Part shown: positions 40,764-50,662 of the stretch, in pieces
How positions within the stretch are numbered: the stretch's first letter is position 1
Layout: the number at the start of each line of letters is the position of its first letter
Origin: a virus
Taxonomy: Duplodnaviria; Caudoviricetes
DNA length: 64,000 nt
Virus record (IMG/VR): IMGVR_UViG_3300028559_000038
Coordinates: 1,688 to 65,687 of that record
Reading direction: 5' to 3' (one strand)
Translations under genes and position numbers: made by a program
The notes under the pieces: generated by a model
Databases searched by the model: none
Seen by the model: the letters and a program-made list of their open reading frames with translations, nothing else
Told to the model about the DNA's origin: nothing

Positions 40764-42794
40764 TTAGTTAGTTTTTATTTCACAATAATCGGTAGTACAG
40801 TACATCTCGCCTTGTGCTTCTAGATTATCTATACCATCATAGATTGCAGACCAGTCAATCTTTGCAATTTTACCAATATAAGATTCATACTCTTCTTTGG
40901 TAATTTCATTATATGGTTGTTGTGGATAAACCTCATTTCCCATAGGCAAGAAAGAAACTGCTTTTAGTTGACCTTCATACATATGTAGTGCTGGGGCAAC
41001 AAATTTTGATTCTGTTTCTTTATTAAAAGATAGGGTTACAGATACACCGTTATCAGACCAATATTTTTGAGCAGTTGCTGCCAAACCAATTTTTTCAAAA
41101 AGATTTACATCTTTTTCGGATCTTGTATGTCCAGATGCAATTGGGAAATATACTACTGAAGTATTTGCTGATACAAGGTCTGCCTCAACTTTATACCCTG
41201 CTGCTTTAAACAAATGAAGCATTGGATCTGTATTTCCAAATCTAATTGCTCTCATGTAATATGCGCCTCCAGGCCCCCAGTGAACTCCAGGGGTAGCGCC
41301 AGAAAGCAATGATACAGAGCCAGAAGGCTTGACGGTGGTCACACGAATTGATTCACGTACACATAACCATTCTGAATATGAATGGTCATATTGACGAATT
41401 TTATTGTAGCCATCATCCATCCACTCACGTACTGTTGGCATACCTTTTGAATCAGCAAAAGATGCAATACCAGTCAAAGATGTTCCAATACGTCTATTAC
41501 GTTGCATAATTCCATTTGTCTGTTGCCAATGCGTAGGAACTAGCGTTACTGTTTTGCCATATAAATAGGCAAACTTTAGTGTTCTTAAAAAGTCTTCTTT
41601 GTCTTCATGTCTATTTAAATGAACTTCAACAAGAGTGCATAGTTCATAAGATTCTAATGGCTGCTCTGCACAAGGATTAAACCCCATAACACGATAATCT
41701 TTGCCATCTGCTGGATCTGCAAGTCGACCATAATTTCTTGAAATATCTAGCCAAATAAATCCTGGCTCTCCATTGTTTACAATTAAGTCAACATAATCTT
41801 CATATTTTGTTCCTACTTCAGCCGAAATAGAGTTATTAGACATCCAAGCCCAGCCTGGTTTTTTTGGATCATAAGAATTTCTTTCTGGAAATATTTCTGG
41901 ATTTTTTAAATTACTAAATATTTCATCAGTTGGAGACCCCAAAGCAAGAGTTGCAGAACGACGAACATTGCCAGCAACCACACAAGTTCCAATTAAATTT
42001 ACAATATCAACAATGGCACGACTATCTAGCATTTCTCCTGCCCTAGAACCTATTACATTGCGTATACGGCCATGTAAATCTTTTAATGGTCCTGGACCAC
42101 TAGCCACGCCTCCAAACCCTTTAATTGGGGCACCTAGGGGCCTTATAAGGTCATAATTAAACTCCTGTATGGATTGGTTTGGTCTTAAAAATGAGTTAAT
42201 TAATAATCTTACAGACTCTACCCAACCTTCACGAGTATCTGGAATTTCATATATTGATGGTGGCTCTGTAGGAGAAAATATTAACATTTCTTTATCTTGC
42301 CCAAGGGTATCAAACCCTACCCCTATTCCTAACATTAATGCATCCATTACCCACGCAAACAGAGCACCTGGGTCATTGCGATCAAGGTCTCGGGTAGACA
42401 CCATAGCGCAATTTTGCAACGCTGAAGAATTACGTTTTTCCATAGTCATTGGTGTGCCAAAAGCCCACAAGCCTCGGCCAGGTGGAGTCCATTTAAGATT
42501 AAACATTCTTTCGTAAGCCTCTTGTGCTGATTTCTGAGCCTTATAGTCATTCCAAGGAAGACGGTTTTCTTTGGCATGATTTTTTTGTACTGAGTACATA
42601 CCCTCGATTACACGCTTACAAACCTCATACCATCTTTCTTTAGTTCCATCTTCTTTCATACGAGAGTATGTTCGAATAAAGGTGATCTCTCCTAATGAGT
42701 TAGATGCAGCATCTTTAAATCCAAAGGGTGCTTTAAGTTTTTGATAACTCTCTATAAAATCTGATGATAATTTAAAAGAAAAAAAGTCCGACAT
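40764..42794 (-). CDS. nrdJ: class II adenosylcobalamin-dependent ribonucleotide reductase (monomeric RTPR type)
   Basis: PPGRGLW, QNC, GNVRRSA, NPCAEQ, TVKPSG, C-terminal CTTDYC; likely start MSDFF at 42794. Confidence 0.95.
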   Translation of the reverse strand: MSDFFSFKLSSDFIESYQKLKAPFGFKDAASNSLGEITFIRTYSRMKEDGTKERWYEVCKRVIEGMYSVQKNHAKENRLPWNDYKAQKSAQEAYERMFNLKWTPPGRGLWAFGTPMTMEKRNSSALQNCAMVSTRDLDRNDPGALFAWVMDALMLGIGVGFDTLGQDKEMLIFSPTEPPSIYEIPDTREGWVESVRLLINSFLRPNQSIQEFNYDLIRPLGAPIKGFGGVASGPGPLKDLHGRIRNVIGSRAGEMLDSRAIVDIVNLIGTCVVAGNVRRSATLALGSPTDEIFSNLKNPEIFPERNSYDPKKPGWAWMSNNSISAEVGTKYEDYVDLIVNNGEPGFIWLDISRNYGRLADPADGKDYRVMGFNPCAEQPLESYELCTLVEVHLNRHEDKEDFLRTLKFAYLYGKTVTLVPTHWQQTNGIMQRNRRIGTSLTGIASFADSKGMPTVREWMDDGYNKIRQYDHSYSEWLCVRESIRVTTVKPSGSVSLLSGATPGVHWGPGGAYYMRAIRFGNTDPMLHLFKAAGYKVEADLVSANTSVVYFPIASGHTRSEKDVNLFEKIGLAATAQKYWSDNGVSVTLSFNKETESKFVAPALHMYEGQLKAVSFLPMGNEVYPQQPYNEITKEEYESYIGKIAKIDWSAIYDGIDNLEAQGEMYCTTDYCEIKTN

Positions 42795-42849
42795 GTGTGT
42801 AATCTCCAATTGATTTAAGTAACTAATTGTATCAGAGTTTTAAAAATTA

Positions 42850-42884
42850 AATAACTCTATGTAAAGTTAAGGTATAGAGTTATT
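42850..42884. promoter_or_regulatory. 11-bp inverted repeat upstream of nrdJ (terminator or operator)
   Basis: AATAACTCTAT-N13-ATAGAGTTATT. Confidence 0.4.
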
Positions 42885-43003
42885 GAAATTTTGAAACTGC
42901 ATTGTTATTTGGCTTGCACCTGCTACATACATTATACGTTATTTTTGTATAAGGGCAAAATATTTGTTCAATTTTATGTCCAAGTATGGCACAAAGAATT
43001 TTT

Positions 43004-43612
43004 TTATAATGGAATAAACGGAGCACGAGTTCCAGTGTTTTCAATAAGAACGCTTAATGGAAGGATATTGTACGCAATTGTAATTCTATGAGTATCTTGA
43101 TTCCACTCCCCTGGAGAGTGAGGAAAACCATTCTTAGCAACAATCAAAGTATTGTTTTTGTTTATTTGATCAAATATTTTATTATCTACATCTTTATAGT
43201 AAGTTATGGATGGCTCTGCATTTACGCAATAATACCCATGAAAAGTCATGGGGTTCGGAAAATGGTCATGATACCTTAAATTTTCTTTTGATACTCCAAT
43301 GTCGGTTTTAACTGGATAATAGTTAAACCATCCATGAATCATATATTTTTGTTCATCAAAATCTATACCATAATAACTGCAATTCTCTTTTGTTAATTCT
43401 AAAACACCTTTTTTTAGATCAAAAATTTCTTCATTATAAAAATTAAAAATATTATAAGTCTCCCAATGATTTCCTGGATCATAAAATTTTGTATCTTTGT
43501 CACTATAATTATTTAATTTCATTTCTTCGTATTTATACTTTAAATATTTATTTAAGTTGTCTAAATTTAAAGATAGACTTTTTGTAAAAATTTTAAGACT
43601 ATTATTTTCCAT
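43004..43612 (-). CDS. putative 2OG-Fe(II) oxygenase, HxH type, paralog 3
   Basis: HGWFN, YHDH, FHGYYCVNAEPS, FPH, RITIAYN. Confidence 0.7.
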   Translation of the reverse strand: MENNSLKIFTKSLSLNLDNLNKYLKYKYEEMKLNNYSDKDTKFYDPGNHWETYNIFNFYNEEIFDLKKGVLELTKENCSYYGIDFDEQKYMIHGWFNYYPVKTDIGVSKENLRYHDHFPNPMTFHGYYCVNAEPSITYYKDVDNKIFDQINKNNTLIVAKNGFPHSPGEWNQDTHRITIAYNILPLSVLIENTGTRAPFIPL

Positions 43613-44299
43613 TTATAACACATTCCATATGTTTGGATCGACATAGGCTAATTGTTTTGCTGGCGTAATGTCGTAAGCAATAGTTATCCTTGGTTTTTCT
43701 TCAAACCAATCATCTCTTCCGTGAGGATGTCCTGTTTCTGAAATAATTGCTCTATTATTTTTATTAATATTTTCAAATATATTGTTTTCATCTCTATCTA
43801 TTTTATAAAAAGTTGATGAAGGTTCTGCGTTTACGCAGTAATATCCATGAAACCATGGTACTCCTTGCCCATCTGAATGATCATGAAAATGGTATGGATT
43901 TTGTTTTGGATTTACTCCTCCAAACGCATAAAATTTATCTACTGGAGATTCGTCTAAATTAAACCATCCATGAATAAAATATTGTTCTTTTTCAAAGTTA
44001 ATTTCATAATATTCGCATGCAGTCTTTGTCAATTCTCTTAACGCTAACTGTAAATTATAAATTTCTGGATTAACAAAAGAAAAAATATTATAGTCTTTTA
44101 CGCCTATCCTAGTCATAGCCCCTGGCAAAATTTTGAATTCTGCTAACTTTTCTTCTTTTAAATTTAAAACATTTTCTTTTAAAATTTTACTGTCCATCGT
44201 TATTAAAAAATCATAAAGTTTTTGCAAGTCATTTTCTAAAAAAACATCAAAAAACTTATGTGGTTTTTTCATGCTAATGGAATCCAATGTTGCTCCCAC
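43613..44299 (-). CDS. putative 2OG-Fe(II) oxygenase, HxH type, paralog 2
   Basis: HGWFN, FHDH, FHGYYCVNAEPS, HPH, PRITIAYD. Confidence 0.7.
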   Translation of the reverse strand: MGATLDSISMKKPHKFFDVFLENDLQKLYDFLITMDSKILKENVLNLKEEKLAEFKILPGAMTRIGVKDYNIFSFVNPEIYNLQLALRELTKTACEYYEINFEKEQYFIHGWFNLDESPVDKFYAFGGVNPKQNPYHFHDHSDGQGVPWFHGYYCVNAEPSSTFYKIDRDENNIFENINKNNRAIISETGHPHGRDDWFEEKPRITIAYDITPAKQLAYVDPNIWNVL

Positions 44300-44913
44300 T
44301 CGTGCATTATTCCTCTAAATGGAATTACGTCGTAAGCAACTGTAATTCTTGGCCCATTCCAATCCCAATCACCCATAGCGTGTGGGTGTCCTGTTTCAGA
44401 TAAAATAGCACGATTGTTTTTATTTTCAATTGTTGCATTTTTGTCAAATACCTTGTAATGTGTTGATGAAGGCTCTGCGTTTACAGAATAATACCCATGA
44501 AACCATGGAGCACCTTCTCCGCCGTGCTCGTGCCAATCTAACTTTCCACCATGAGTATAATTTACGTTAAACCAACCTTGAACCCAAAAATTTTCTTTTT
44601 CAAAATCAATTTTATAGTATTCGCATGCTTCAAGAGTCATAGATCTAACCGACTTAAAAAGATTATGAATTGCTGGATGATAAAATTGAAAAACGTTATA
44701 TTTGTTCCATTTAGAAGTGGTTATGCTACCTGAAGAGTCCCAAGCAGTTTTTTGATCATTGTCATTTTTTAATATTTGTCCAGATTCAATTCTTTCATAT
44801 TGTTGCAAAAGATAAGAAGATAGATCTTGAGTGTCGTTATTTAAATTTCTTTCAAAAAAACTATGAGGTATGATACTTTTACTTGTATTTTGAACATTAT
44901 TATTGTCGTACAT
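44269..44913 (-). CDS. putative 2OG-Fe(II) oxygenase, HxH type, paralog 1
   Basis: QGWFN, WHEH, FHGYYSVNAEPS, HPH, PRITVAYD. Confidence 0.7.
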   Translation of the reverse strand: MYDNNNVQNTSKSIIPHSFFERNLNNDTQDLSSYLLQQYERIESGQILKNDNDQKTAWDSSGSITTSKWNKYNVFQFYHPAIHNLFKSVRSMTLEACEYYKIDFEKENFWVQGWFNVNYTHGGKLDWHEHGGEGAPWFHGYYSVNAEPSSTHYKVFDKNATIENKNNRAILSETGHPHAMGDWDWNGPRITVAYDVIPFRGIMHEWEQHWIPLA

Positions 44914-44990
44914 AACTTCCTTTCTTAAATAGTAATGTAAACTATTGTATCATAAAGAATTATTTTAACAAAAAATAATATATTATATTT

Positions 44991-45704
44991 TTATCTAAAT
45001 GGTGGGGAGAAACCAAATGGTGTGAATCCGAATGCTCCGAATGGAGTGAATCCGAATGCTCCAAATGGGGTGAATCCGAATGCTCCAAATGGTGCAAAAC
45101 TAAAGGTAGTTGTTACGCTTGAAGATTGAGCAGATGTTCCTGAGTTACCATTAGCATTTGTTGCATAAACAGTGTATGTTTGTGCTGTTCCTGCTTCTTG
45201 ACCAACTGCTACTGATGTAGATGCAGTTGATCCAGATTTACCATCACTTGATTGCCAAGTGTAACCAGTTATTGCTGATCCGCCATCTGCTGGTGCTGAC
45301 CAGGAAACGTCATCGCTATTTGCGCTTGGAGATGAAGCACTTGGTGCTGAAGGAGTTGCTGGCACAGTTGTTGCAGTGATACTACTAGATGCAGATGATG
45401 CTGGAGAGTTTCCAACAGCGTTGGTTGCAACTACTGTAAATGTGTAGGCTGTGTTTGATTGTAGACCAGTTACAGATATTGGAGAAGATGCTCCTGAAGC
45501 AGTATACGATCCTGGAGAGGATGTTACTGTAAAGGATGTAGCAGCAGGTGAATTTGCTGGCAAGGTAAATGTTACATCGGCCCGTCCATTATTAAATGCA
45601 CGACCTGATCCAACGTTTGTTGCTGATACTGATGTTGGTGCGTGTGGCTCCAAAAAGTCATTTGACGCCTGGGACTTTCTACCTGATTTTTTACCTGCTG
45701 CCAT
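44991..45704 (-). CDS. two-FN3-domain protein with a C-terminal (PFGAFGFT)n tail
   Basis: GLQSNTAYTFTVVATNAVG, VSWSAPADGGSAITGY; ends FSFAPFGAFGFTPFGAFGFTPFGAFGFTPFGFSPPFR. Confidence 0.85.
   Translation of the reverse strand: MAAGKKSGRKSQASNDFLEPHAPTSVSATNVGSGRAFNNGRADVTFTLPANSPAATSFTVTSSPGSYTASGASSPISVTGLQSNTAYTFTVVATNAVGNSPASSASSSITATTVPATPSAPSASSPSANSDDVSWSAPADGGSAITGYTWQSSDGKSGSTASTSVAVGQEAGTAQTYTVYATNANGNSGTSAQSSSVTTTFSFAPFGAFGFTPFGAFGFTPFGAFGFTPFGFSPPFR
45021..45092 (-). repeat. 3 x 24-nt coding tandem repeat (PFGAFGFT)
   Basis: nGTGAATCCGAATGCTCC(G/A)AATGG at 45021, 45045 and 45069. Confidence 0.95.
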
Positions 45705-45727
45705 TATCTACTCCCTTAATTAGTTTT

Positions 45728-47155
45728 TTATGCTGAAAGATCGCCGAAGACTACCCAAGTATTTTCTGCTCTCTTAAATAAAGTTGCAGATGACCACTGA
45801 GTACGTAGTTTTAATCCTGGTGTTGCGTTAACAGTAACTCCGCCAGCGCCTGCAATTGTAACTTGTCCAGTGTTAGTTTGTAGGATATCTAATGTAGTTC
45901 CTACTGGATAAGCAACTGCACTATTTAGTGGAATAGTTATTGTTGTTGCTGATACTGAATCTACCTCAATTAAAGAATCTCTTTCAGATGTGGCTGTAAG
46001 AGTGTATGAGGCAGTCTTAGAAATAATTGGTGTCCGTGAAGGAACGCCTTCCTTAGTCTGAGTTCCATCTGTAAATGCTACGCCTAATGCTGCAACTGTT
46101 ACTGTTCCAGTAAATGTTGGTGAATCAAGTGGTGCCTTTAGAGCAATTGCATTTGCAGTTGTTGTTGCAAAGTTAGCATCATCACCAAGGGCAGCAGCAA
46201 GTTCGTCAAGAGTGTTTAAAAGTTCTGGGGCTGCTGTGGTTAATATAGCAATTTCTTGCTGAACAAACTCTGTAGTAGCAATCTGTGTTGTATTAGTTGC
46301 TGTATTTGCAGTAGGTGCTGTTGGAGTGCCAGTAAGTGCTGCTGAAACCAACGGGGCATATGTACTTGATGCAGTTGCTGCAGCAAGTTTTGCTGAAAGA
46401 TCTGATGTAAGGCCTGAAATCTTTGATTGATCAATTGCTGCTTCTGAATTAATATCAGAGTTTACAATTGTGTTGGCAGCAATCTTTGCAGATGTTACTG
46501 CGCTGTCTAGAATCTTTGCAGAGGTTACTGCATCGTCTGCAATCTTTGCAGATGTTACTGCGTTAGAAGCAATTTTTCCTTCAGAAACAGATGAATCTGC
46601 TGGAGTTCTTGTATCTGTTAATCTTGCATCATTTGTATAAACTAATGCTGCGGTGTTTGAAATTCCGTGAGCATTTAGCGTTAGATTAGCGTGAGTTGTA
46701 AGATTATTTGAAAGTGTTGATAACTCGCTAGTTGTATTTGCTTGACCTGTAGAAACTGTGTTGGCTAATGTATTGGCTACAGTTCTTATGTCGACATCTG
46801 CTGTTTCTAAAGCAGTTAAACGACTAGTTACGTTAGAAAAAGTATTTGTTACATATGCTGAATAACTCTGATCGTCTCCAATTGCTGCGGCTAATTCATT
46901 TAATGTGTTTAGTGTGCCAGGAGCGCCATCTATAAGATTTGATACTGCTGTATCAACTAATCCCTGAACTTCTGCTGAGTCAAAGACTACAGATGCATCT
47001 ACGAAGTATTCTAGGCTGGTCCAAGCGCTTGAACCATTTCCTAATTTAAATTTATTTGTGTCAGTTTCAAAACCAATTTCACCTGCTGCTAGAGTTGGGT
47101 TTGCTGCAGTCCATTGTGCTGCTGTTCCTCTGCGCTGTTGCATTCTTGTTGCCAT
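45728..47155 (-). CDS. tail fibre protein (Mtd-N-like head, AVTSAKI repeats, C-terminal GDLSA domain)
   Basis: QQRRGTAAQW...GEIGFETDT.KFKLGNG; two LNTLxELAAAxGDD repeats; LTGTPTAPT. Confidence 0.8.
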   Translation of the reverse strand: MATRMQQRRGTAAQWTAANPTLAAGEIGFETDTNKFKLGNGSSAWTSLEYFVDASVVFDSAEVQGLVDTAVSNLIDGAPGTLNTLNELAAAIGDDQSYSAYVTNTFSNVTSRLTALETADVDIRTVANTLANTVSTGQANTTSELSTLSNNLTTHANLTLNAHGISNTAALVYTNDARLTDTRTPADSSVSEGKIASNAVTSAKIADDAVTSAKILDSAVTSAKIAANTIVNSDINSEAAIDQSKISGLTSDLSAKLAAATASSTYAPLVSAALTGTPTAPTANTATNTTQIATTEFVQQEIAILTTAAPELLNTLDELAAALGDDANFATTTANAIALKAPLDSPTFTGTVTVAALGVAFTDGTQTKEGVPSRTPIISKTASYTLTATSERDSLIEVDSVSATTITIPLNSAVAYPVGTTLDILQTNTGQVTIAGAGGVTVNATPGLKLRTQWSSATLFKRAENTWVVFGDLSA

Positions 47156-47198
47156 TTATTTCTCCTCTTTGGGTTGATATAATTATAACAGATTTATT

Positions 47199-47654
47199 TT
47201 AATTAAAATTATCTGTTGCACTTCCGCCATCATAAGTTAGTTCAAAAGATGCTGTTGATGGACTGCCTGCATCTTTGGGTGTACCCTGTGGTGCATTATA
47301 AAATCCACTAGATACAAATTGACTTACTATAAATCCAGTTCCATCAATTGATGTATCATGAATATGATCTGGAAGCGTTTGTGTATCATCAATAGATGCT
47401 TGGGTTATCCAAGATCCATTGTAGTATACATTAACTCTAGAGGTTAGGGAATCAAACCACATGTCTCCATTGTCTGGAGATGCTGGTGCGGTATTTCCTA
47501 CACTGATTCCTGATGCAAGGCCGTCAACATAAGCCTTTGTTGCTGCATGTGTGCCTTCAGTAGGAGTGGCAACTGTTACCGTACCGCCAAAAATGGCGCC
47601 ATTAGTAACGGCAAGACCATTTTTTATTTTAAAGTCTTTATTGACAGTTGCCAT
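47199..47654 (-). CDS. virion fibre/collar protein
   Basis: HAATKAYVD, APASPDNGDMWFDS; N-terminus shared with 47688..48890. Confidence 0.6.
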   Translation of the reverse strand: MATVNKDFKIKNGLAVTNGAIFGGTVTVATPTEGTHAATKAYVDGLASGISVGNTAPASPDNGDMWFDSLTSRVNVYYNGSWITQASIDDTQTLPDHIHDTSIDGTGFIVSQFVSSGFYNAPQGTPKDAGSPSTASFELTYDGGSATDNFN

Positions 47655-47687
47655 TTATTTCTCCTCTTTTAATTGTTTTTGTTTTTA

Positions 47688-48890
47688 TTAAGCAAGCACT
47701 GTTCCAACAACTGAGATAGTTGATGTATTGTTTGCTGTTGTAACTAGAACTCTAACATTGTTACCAGAAACATCTGCTGTAACTGATCCAAGAGAACCGT
47801 TTGTACCTACCATCGCATATTCTGTAATTGCAACGTTGTCTGCTGTATCAAGTGTTAAAACAACCTTTGAAACATCTGTGTGAGAGCCGTTAGCAATCTT
47901 GACCAAGAACTCACCAGATCGGTAAGTAGCCTTAGGCCATGAATAAACTACGTTTGCTGCACTTGCTGTAGGAATGCTTGCAGTTGCTGCAACATTCTTA
48001 GCAAGTGAGTTTAATGCAACTTCTGTAAAGTTCGGAGTTACTGCTTCTAAAGCAGTTACTGCACGAGCATTTGAGAAGTATAGATTTGAAGAACCTTCAA
48101 CAAGGTTATCTGTGTTAGAATCTGCTACACCGTTTTCTGCAGTAATAGTAAGTCCTGAACCTGAACCTGTGATGGTAATGTTTGTAAGAGTTGCACCAGT
48201 TAACAACTCTGCTGCTGATGTTTTTGCACGAGCATTTGAGAAGTAAAGGTTTGTACCTTCTGATACATCATCTGTATCAAGACCAGATACGGCAATTGTA
48301 TTTCCTGTAATAGAAATGTTTTCTCCTGCAGTTAAAGTATTTTGCTTTAATGCAACTGAGTTAGTAAGTGTTGTTGCAAAGTTAGCATCGTCACCAATCG
48401 CTGCTGCCAACTCATTAAGAGTGTTAAGCAATGCTGGGGCTGAATCTACAAGTGATGCTATAGAGTTGTCTGTATATGATCCTGCGTATGCAATAGCATT
48501 TGCATATGCTGAAGAGGCTTGTGAGGCTGCGGTACCTGCTGCATCGTATGATGCTGCTGTTGCTTCCTGGGCACGAGCATTTGAGAAGTAAAGATTTGTG
48601 GTTCCTTCTACAAGATCGTTGGTATCAAAGTTAGAAATATCTGATACTGTACCTGTGACGGAACCAATTAGGTCTGCTGTAATTACGTTTGCAGCAAAGT
48701 TTTTATTTGCATCACGAAGAACGATAGCGTTTGCTACTGAACTTGAATTTGCTACTCCACCAACTAAACCCTGAATGTAAGTTGTGTCTGATGCTGATTT
48801 TGTTAAAATATCAAAATTGTTTACTGTTGCGGTTGCGCCTTCAACAACTAAACCATTTTTTACTTTAAAGTTTTTTACTACGGTTGCCAT
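47688..48890 (-). CDS. tail fibre-like protein with internal repeats
   Basis: Three TxxxxEG-x-NLYFSNARA repeats and an LNTLNELAAAIGDDANF motif. Confidence 0.7.
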   Translation of the reverse strand: MATVVKNFKVKNGLVVEGATATVNNFDILTKSASDTTYIQGLVGGVANSSSVANAIVLRDANKNFAANVITADLIGSVTGTVSDISNFDTNDLVEGTTNLYFSNARAQEATAASYDAAGTAASQASSAYANAIAYAGSYTDNSIASLVDSAPALLNTLNELAAAIGDDANFATTLTNSVALKQNTLTAGENISITGNTIAVSGLDTDDVSEGTNLYFSNARAKTSAAELLTGATLTNITITGSGSGLTITAENGVADSNTDNLVEGSSNLYFSNARAVTALEAVTPNFTEVALNSLAKNVAATASIPTASAANVVYSWPKATYRSGEFLVKIANGSHTDVSKVVLTLDTADNVAITEYAMVGTNGSLGSVTADVSGNNVRVLVTTANNTSTISVVGTVLA

Positions 48891-48904
48891 TTTTTATCTC
48901 CTAG

Positions 48905-49351
48905 TTAGGCCTTTAATCCTATACGTGCATAACGTACAGTGATTGGGGTTATTCCTCCGACAGGGGTTACAGTGATTGACACTGTAGTTCCTGCTTTAGA
49001 GACGCTAATGGTTCCAATATTCCCATTTGTGTCAATAGTTCCATATTCGCTGACATTTATATCTGTACCGTCAACTAATATTGTCATCTCTGTGGCAAAG
49101 TATTTATTATCGCCAGCAGAAGTCTTTGCGATGGAGATAATGTATTTAACCATTCTCCATTCAGTGGAAAGAAAACTGTCAATTACTGTTGCGCTTTCAA
49201 TTCCGTAAATTGTTGAATCATTATTACCTGAAGATCCAATCGAAGTGGCTTGAGAAGCCGTGGTGTCAATAAGTTTCTCGTAATCAGTCTGTGTGGGACG
49301 ATCACCAGTTTGAAATAATCCTTTTAAAGTTCCGATAGTTATGATTGCCAT
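48905..49351 (-). CDS. virion structural protein
   Basis: FQTGDRPTQTDY; C-domain similar to the C-domain of 47688..48890. Confidence 0.6.
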   Translation of the reverse strand: MAIITIGTLKGLFQTGDRPTQTDYEKLIDTTASQATSIGSSGNNDSTIYGIESATVIDSFLSTEWRMVKYIISIAKTSAGDNKYFATEMTILVDGTDINVSEYGTIDTNGNIGTISVSKAGTTVSITVTPVGGITPITVRYARIGLKA

Positions 49352-49374
49352 GGCTTTATTATAACATTATTTTT

Positions 49375-49938
49375 TTAAACTTTTTGAATCCAAACCTGAT
49401 AATTTTTAACCAACAACTTGAACTGATTTTTAAAGTTATTTAAGAACATATCAATGCCTTTTTTGGGTTGTAAGTCTAAATTATTAGTTTCATCCTCCCA
49501 TAGGTAATCGTCAAAAGCCAAGACTCCACCCCGTTTTAAAAGCGGGAAAGAATTAATTGCATCTTGATAAACTGCTTCCGCTGTATGGTCTCCGTCAATA
49601 TATATAAAGTCAAATTCCTCAGTGCAAATTTTTAAATATGAAACACTGGGACTTTTGTGTTTTTTAATATTAGGAAACTTAGACATTCTTTTATCATAAA
49701 AAGATTCTAAATCAAACCAATCAAAACTCTTATGAACAGATTCTTCAGAACCTTCCCAAGTATCAACATCGTTTAAATAAGATGTTTTATCTGTAAGTAT
49801 ATTTTCTAATATCCATTCTGAGGCATCTCCAGTGTATGCCCCTATCTGTAAAAAATTAAGGTTTGGGATTTGTTTATATTGGCTTAAAAAATATTCAAAA
49901 TTTTTAGTGTGTGGCCTAAACCAATTAGGATATTCCAT
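49375..49938 (-). CDS. class I SAM-dependent methyltransferase (Methyltransf_24-like)
   Basis: LQIGAYTG, VDTW, FDFIYIDGDH, LKRGGVLAFDDY. Confidence 0.85.
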   Translation of the reverse strand: MEYPNWFRPHTKNFEYFLSQYKQIPNLNFLQIGAYTGDASEWILENILTDKTSYLNDVDTWEGSEESVHKSFDWFDLESFYDKRMSKFPNIKKHKSPSVSYLKICTEEFDFIYIDGDHTAEAVYQDAINSFPLLKRGGVLAFDDYLWEDETNNLDLQPKKGIDMFLNNFKNQFKLLVKNYQVWIQKV

Positions 49939-50662
49939 ATTTTTCCCAGTAAGAAACTACATCTTTCCTTGATTTGTAATGTATCCCGTCCGGATTTTCT
50001 TTATCTTCTTTGGTATTGTTAGCAGCAGTAATTGATGTTTCAAAATCTACAGAATAGGTAAACAATGGTTTTGAATAACACTTTGCGTCTCCATAAATAA
50101 TAAAATCTGCTAAGGCTGTATAATTTTTGGGTAACACATATTTATCATCAATAAAGTATTTGTCTATTAACTGCTTTGCTCTTTGTCTTGTAATTAAATA
50201 ACATGCTGCTGACCAATCTCTGTGCTCTTTAATATGCAAAGAAGTATTAACATTAAAATTATGAATTATACAAAATTGCAATATATCATATTTCTTTTTT
50301 ATTGAATCTACAAACTCTTTAAATGTAAAATTCCAATACTTTACAGTTTCAAAACTTAAATCATCTTCAATTATAATTGCATACTCAGAGTCAGAAGTTT
50401 CAAACCATTCTTTTATTGTGTTAAGATGTGAAACTGTTGCTCCCAATTCTGAATTAGATAAAGATAAAGAGTCTCTTTCAAATACCAAATTTGACCAGTC
50501 TGCGGTTTCTCCATGAGTGGCCTCTATAACTTTATAATTTAAAAGATCGTTTTCTTTTAATTGTCCTTCTATATAATTTAACCTATCTGTTCTTGATTTT
50601 AAATTAATAACGTATATTGGGCCAAAGCCATCTAATTTATTTAAACCAGTATGTTCCAACAT
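49925..50662 (-). CDS. glycosyltransferase family 25-like
   Basis: YVINLKSRTDR, ELGATVSH, IIEDD, AACYLI. Confidence 0.85.
   Translation of the reverse strand: MLEHTGLNKLDGFGPIYVINLKSRTDRLNYIEGQLKENDLLNYKVIEATHGETADWSNLVFERDSLSLSNSELGATVSHLNTIKEWFETSDSEYAIIIEDDLSFETVKYWNFTFKEFVDSIKKKYDILQFCIIHNFNVNTSLHIKEHRDWSAACYLITRQRAKQLIDKYFIDDKYVLPKNYTALADFIIYGDAKCYSKPLFTYSVDFETSITAANNTKEDKENPDGIHYKSRKDVVSYWEKYGIS

Noticed and set aside
42810-43003. Cobalamin riboswitch upstream of nrdJ
   Set aside because: No B12-box or GGGAA/GCCACTG elements visible; only an AT-rich inverted repeat
45021-45092. CRISPR-like array
   Set aside because: Repeats are contiguous, in frame, vary only at synonymous sites and have no spacers
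45728-47155. Diversity-generating retroelement suggested by the Mtd-N-like head
   Set aside because: No reverse transcriptase and no TR/VR pair with adenine-specific differences seen in the window
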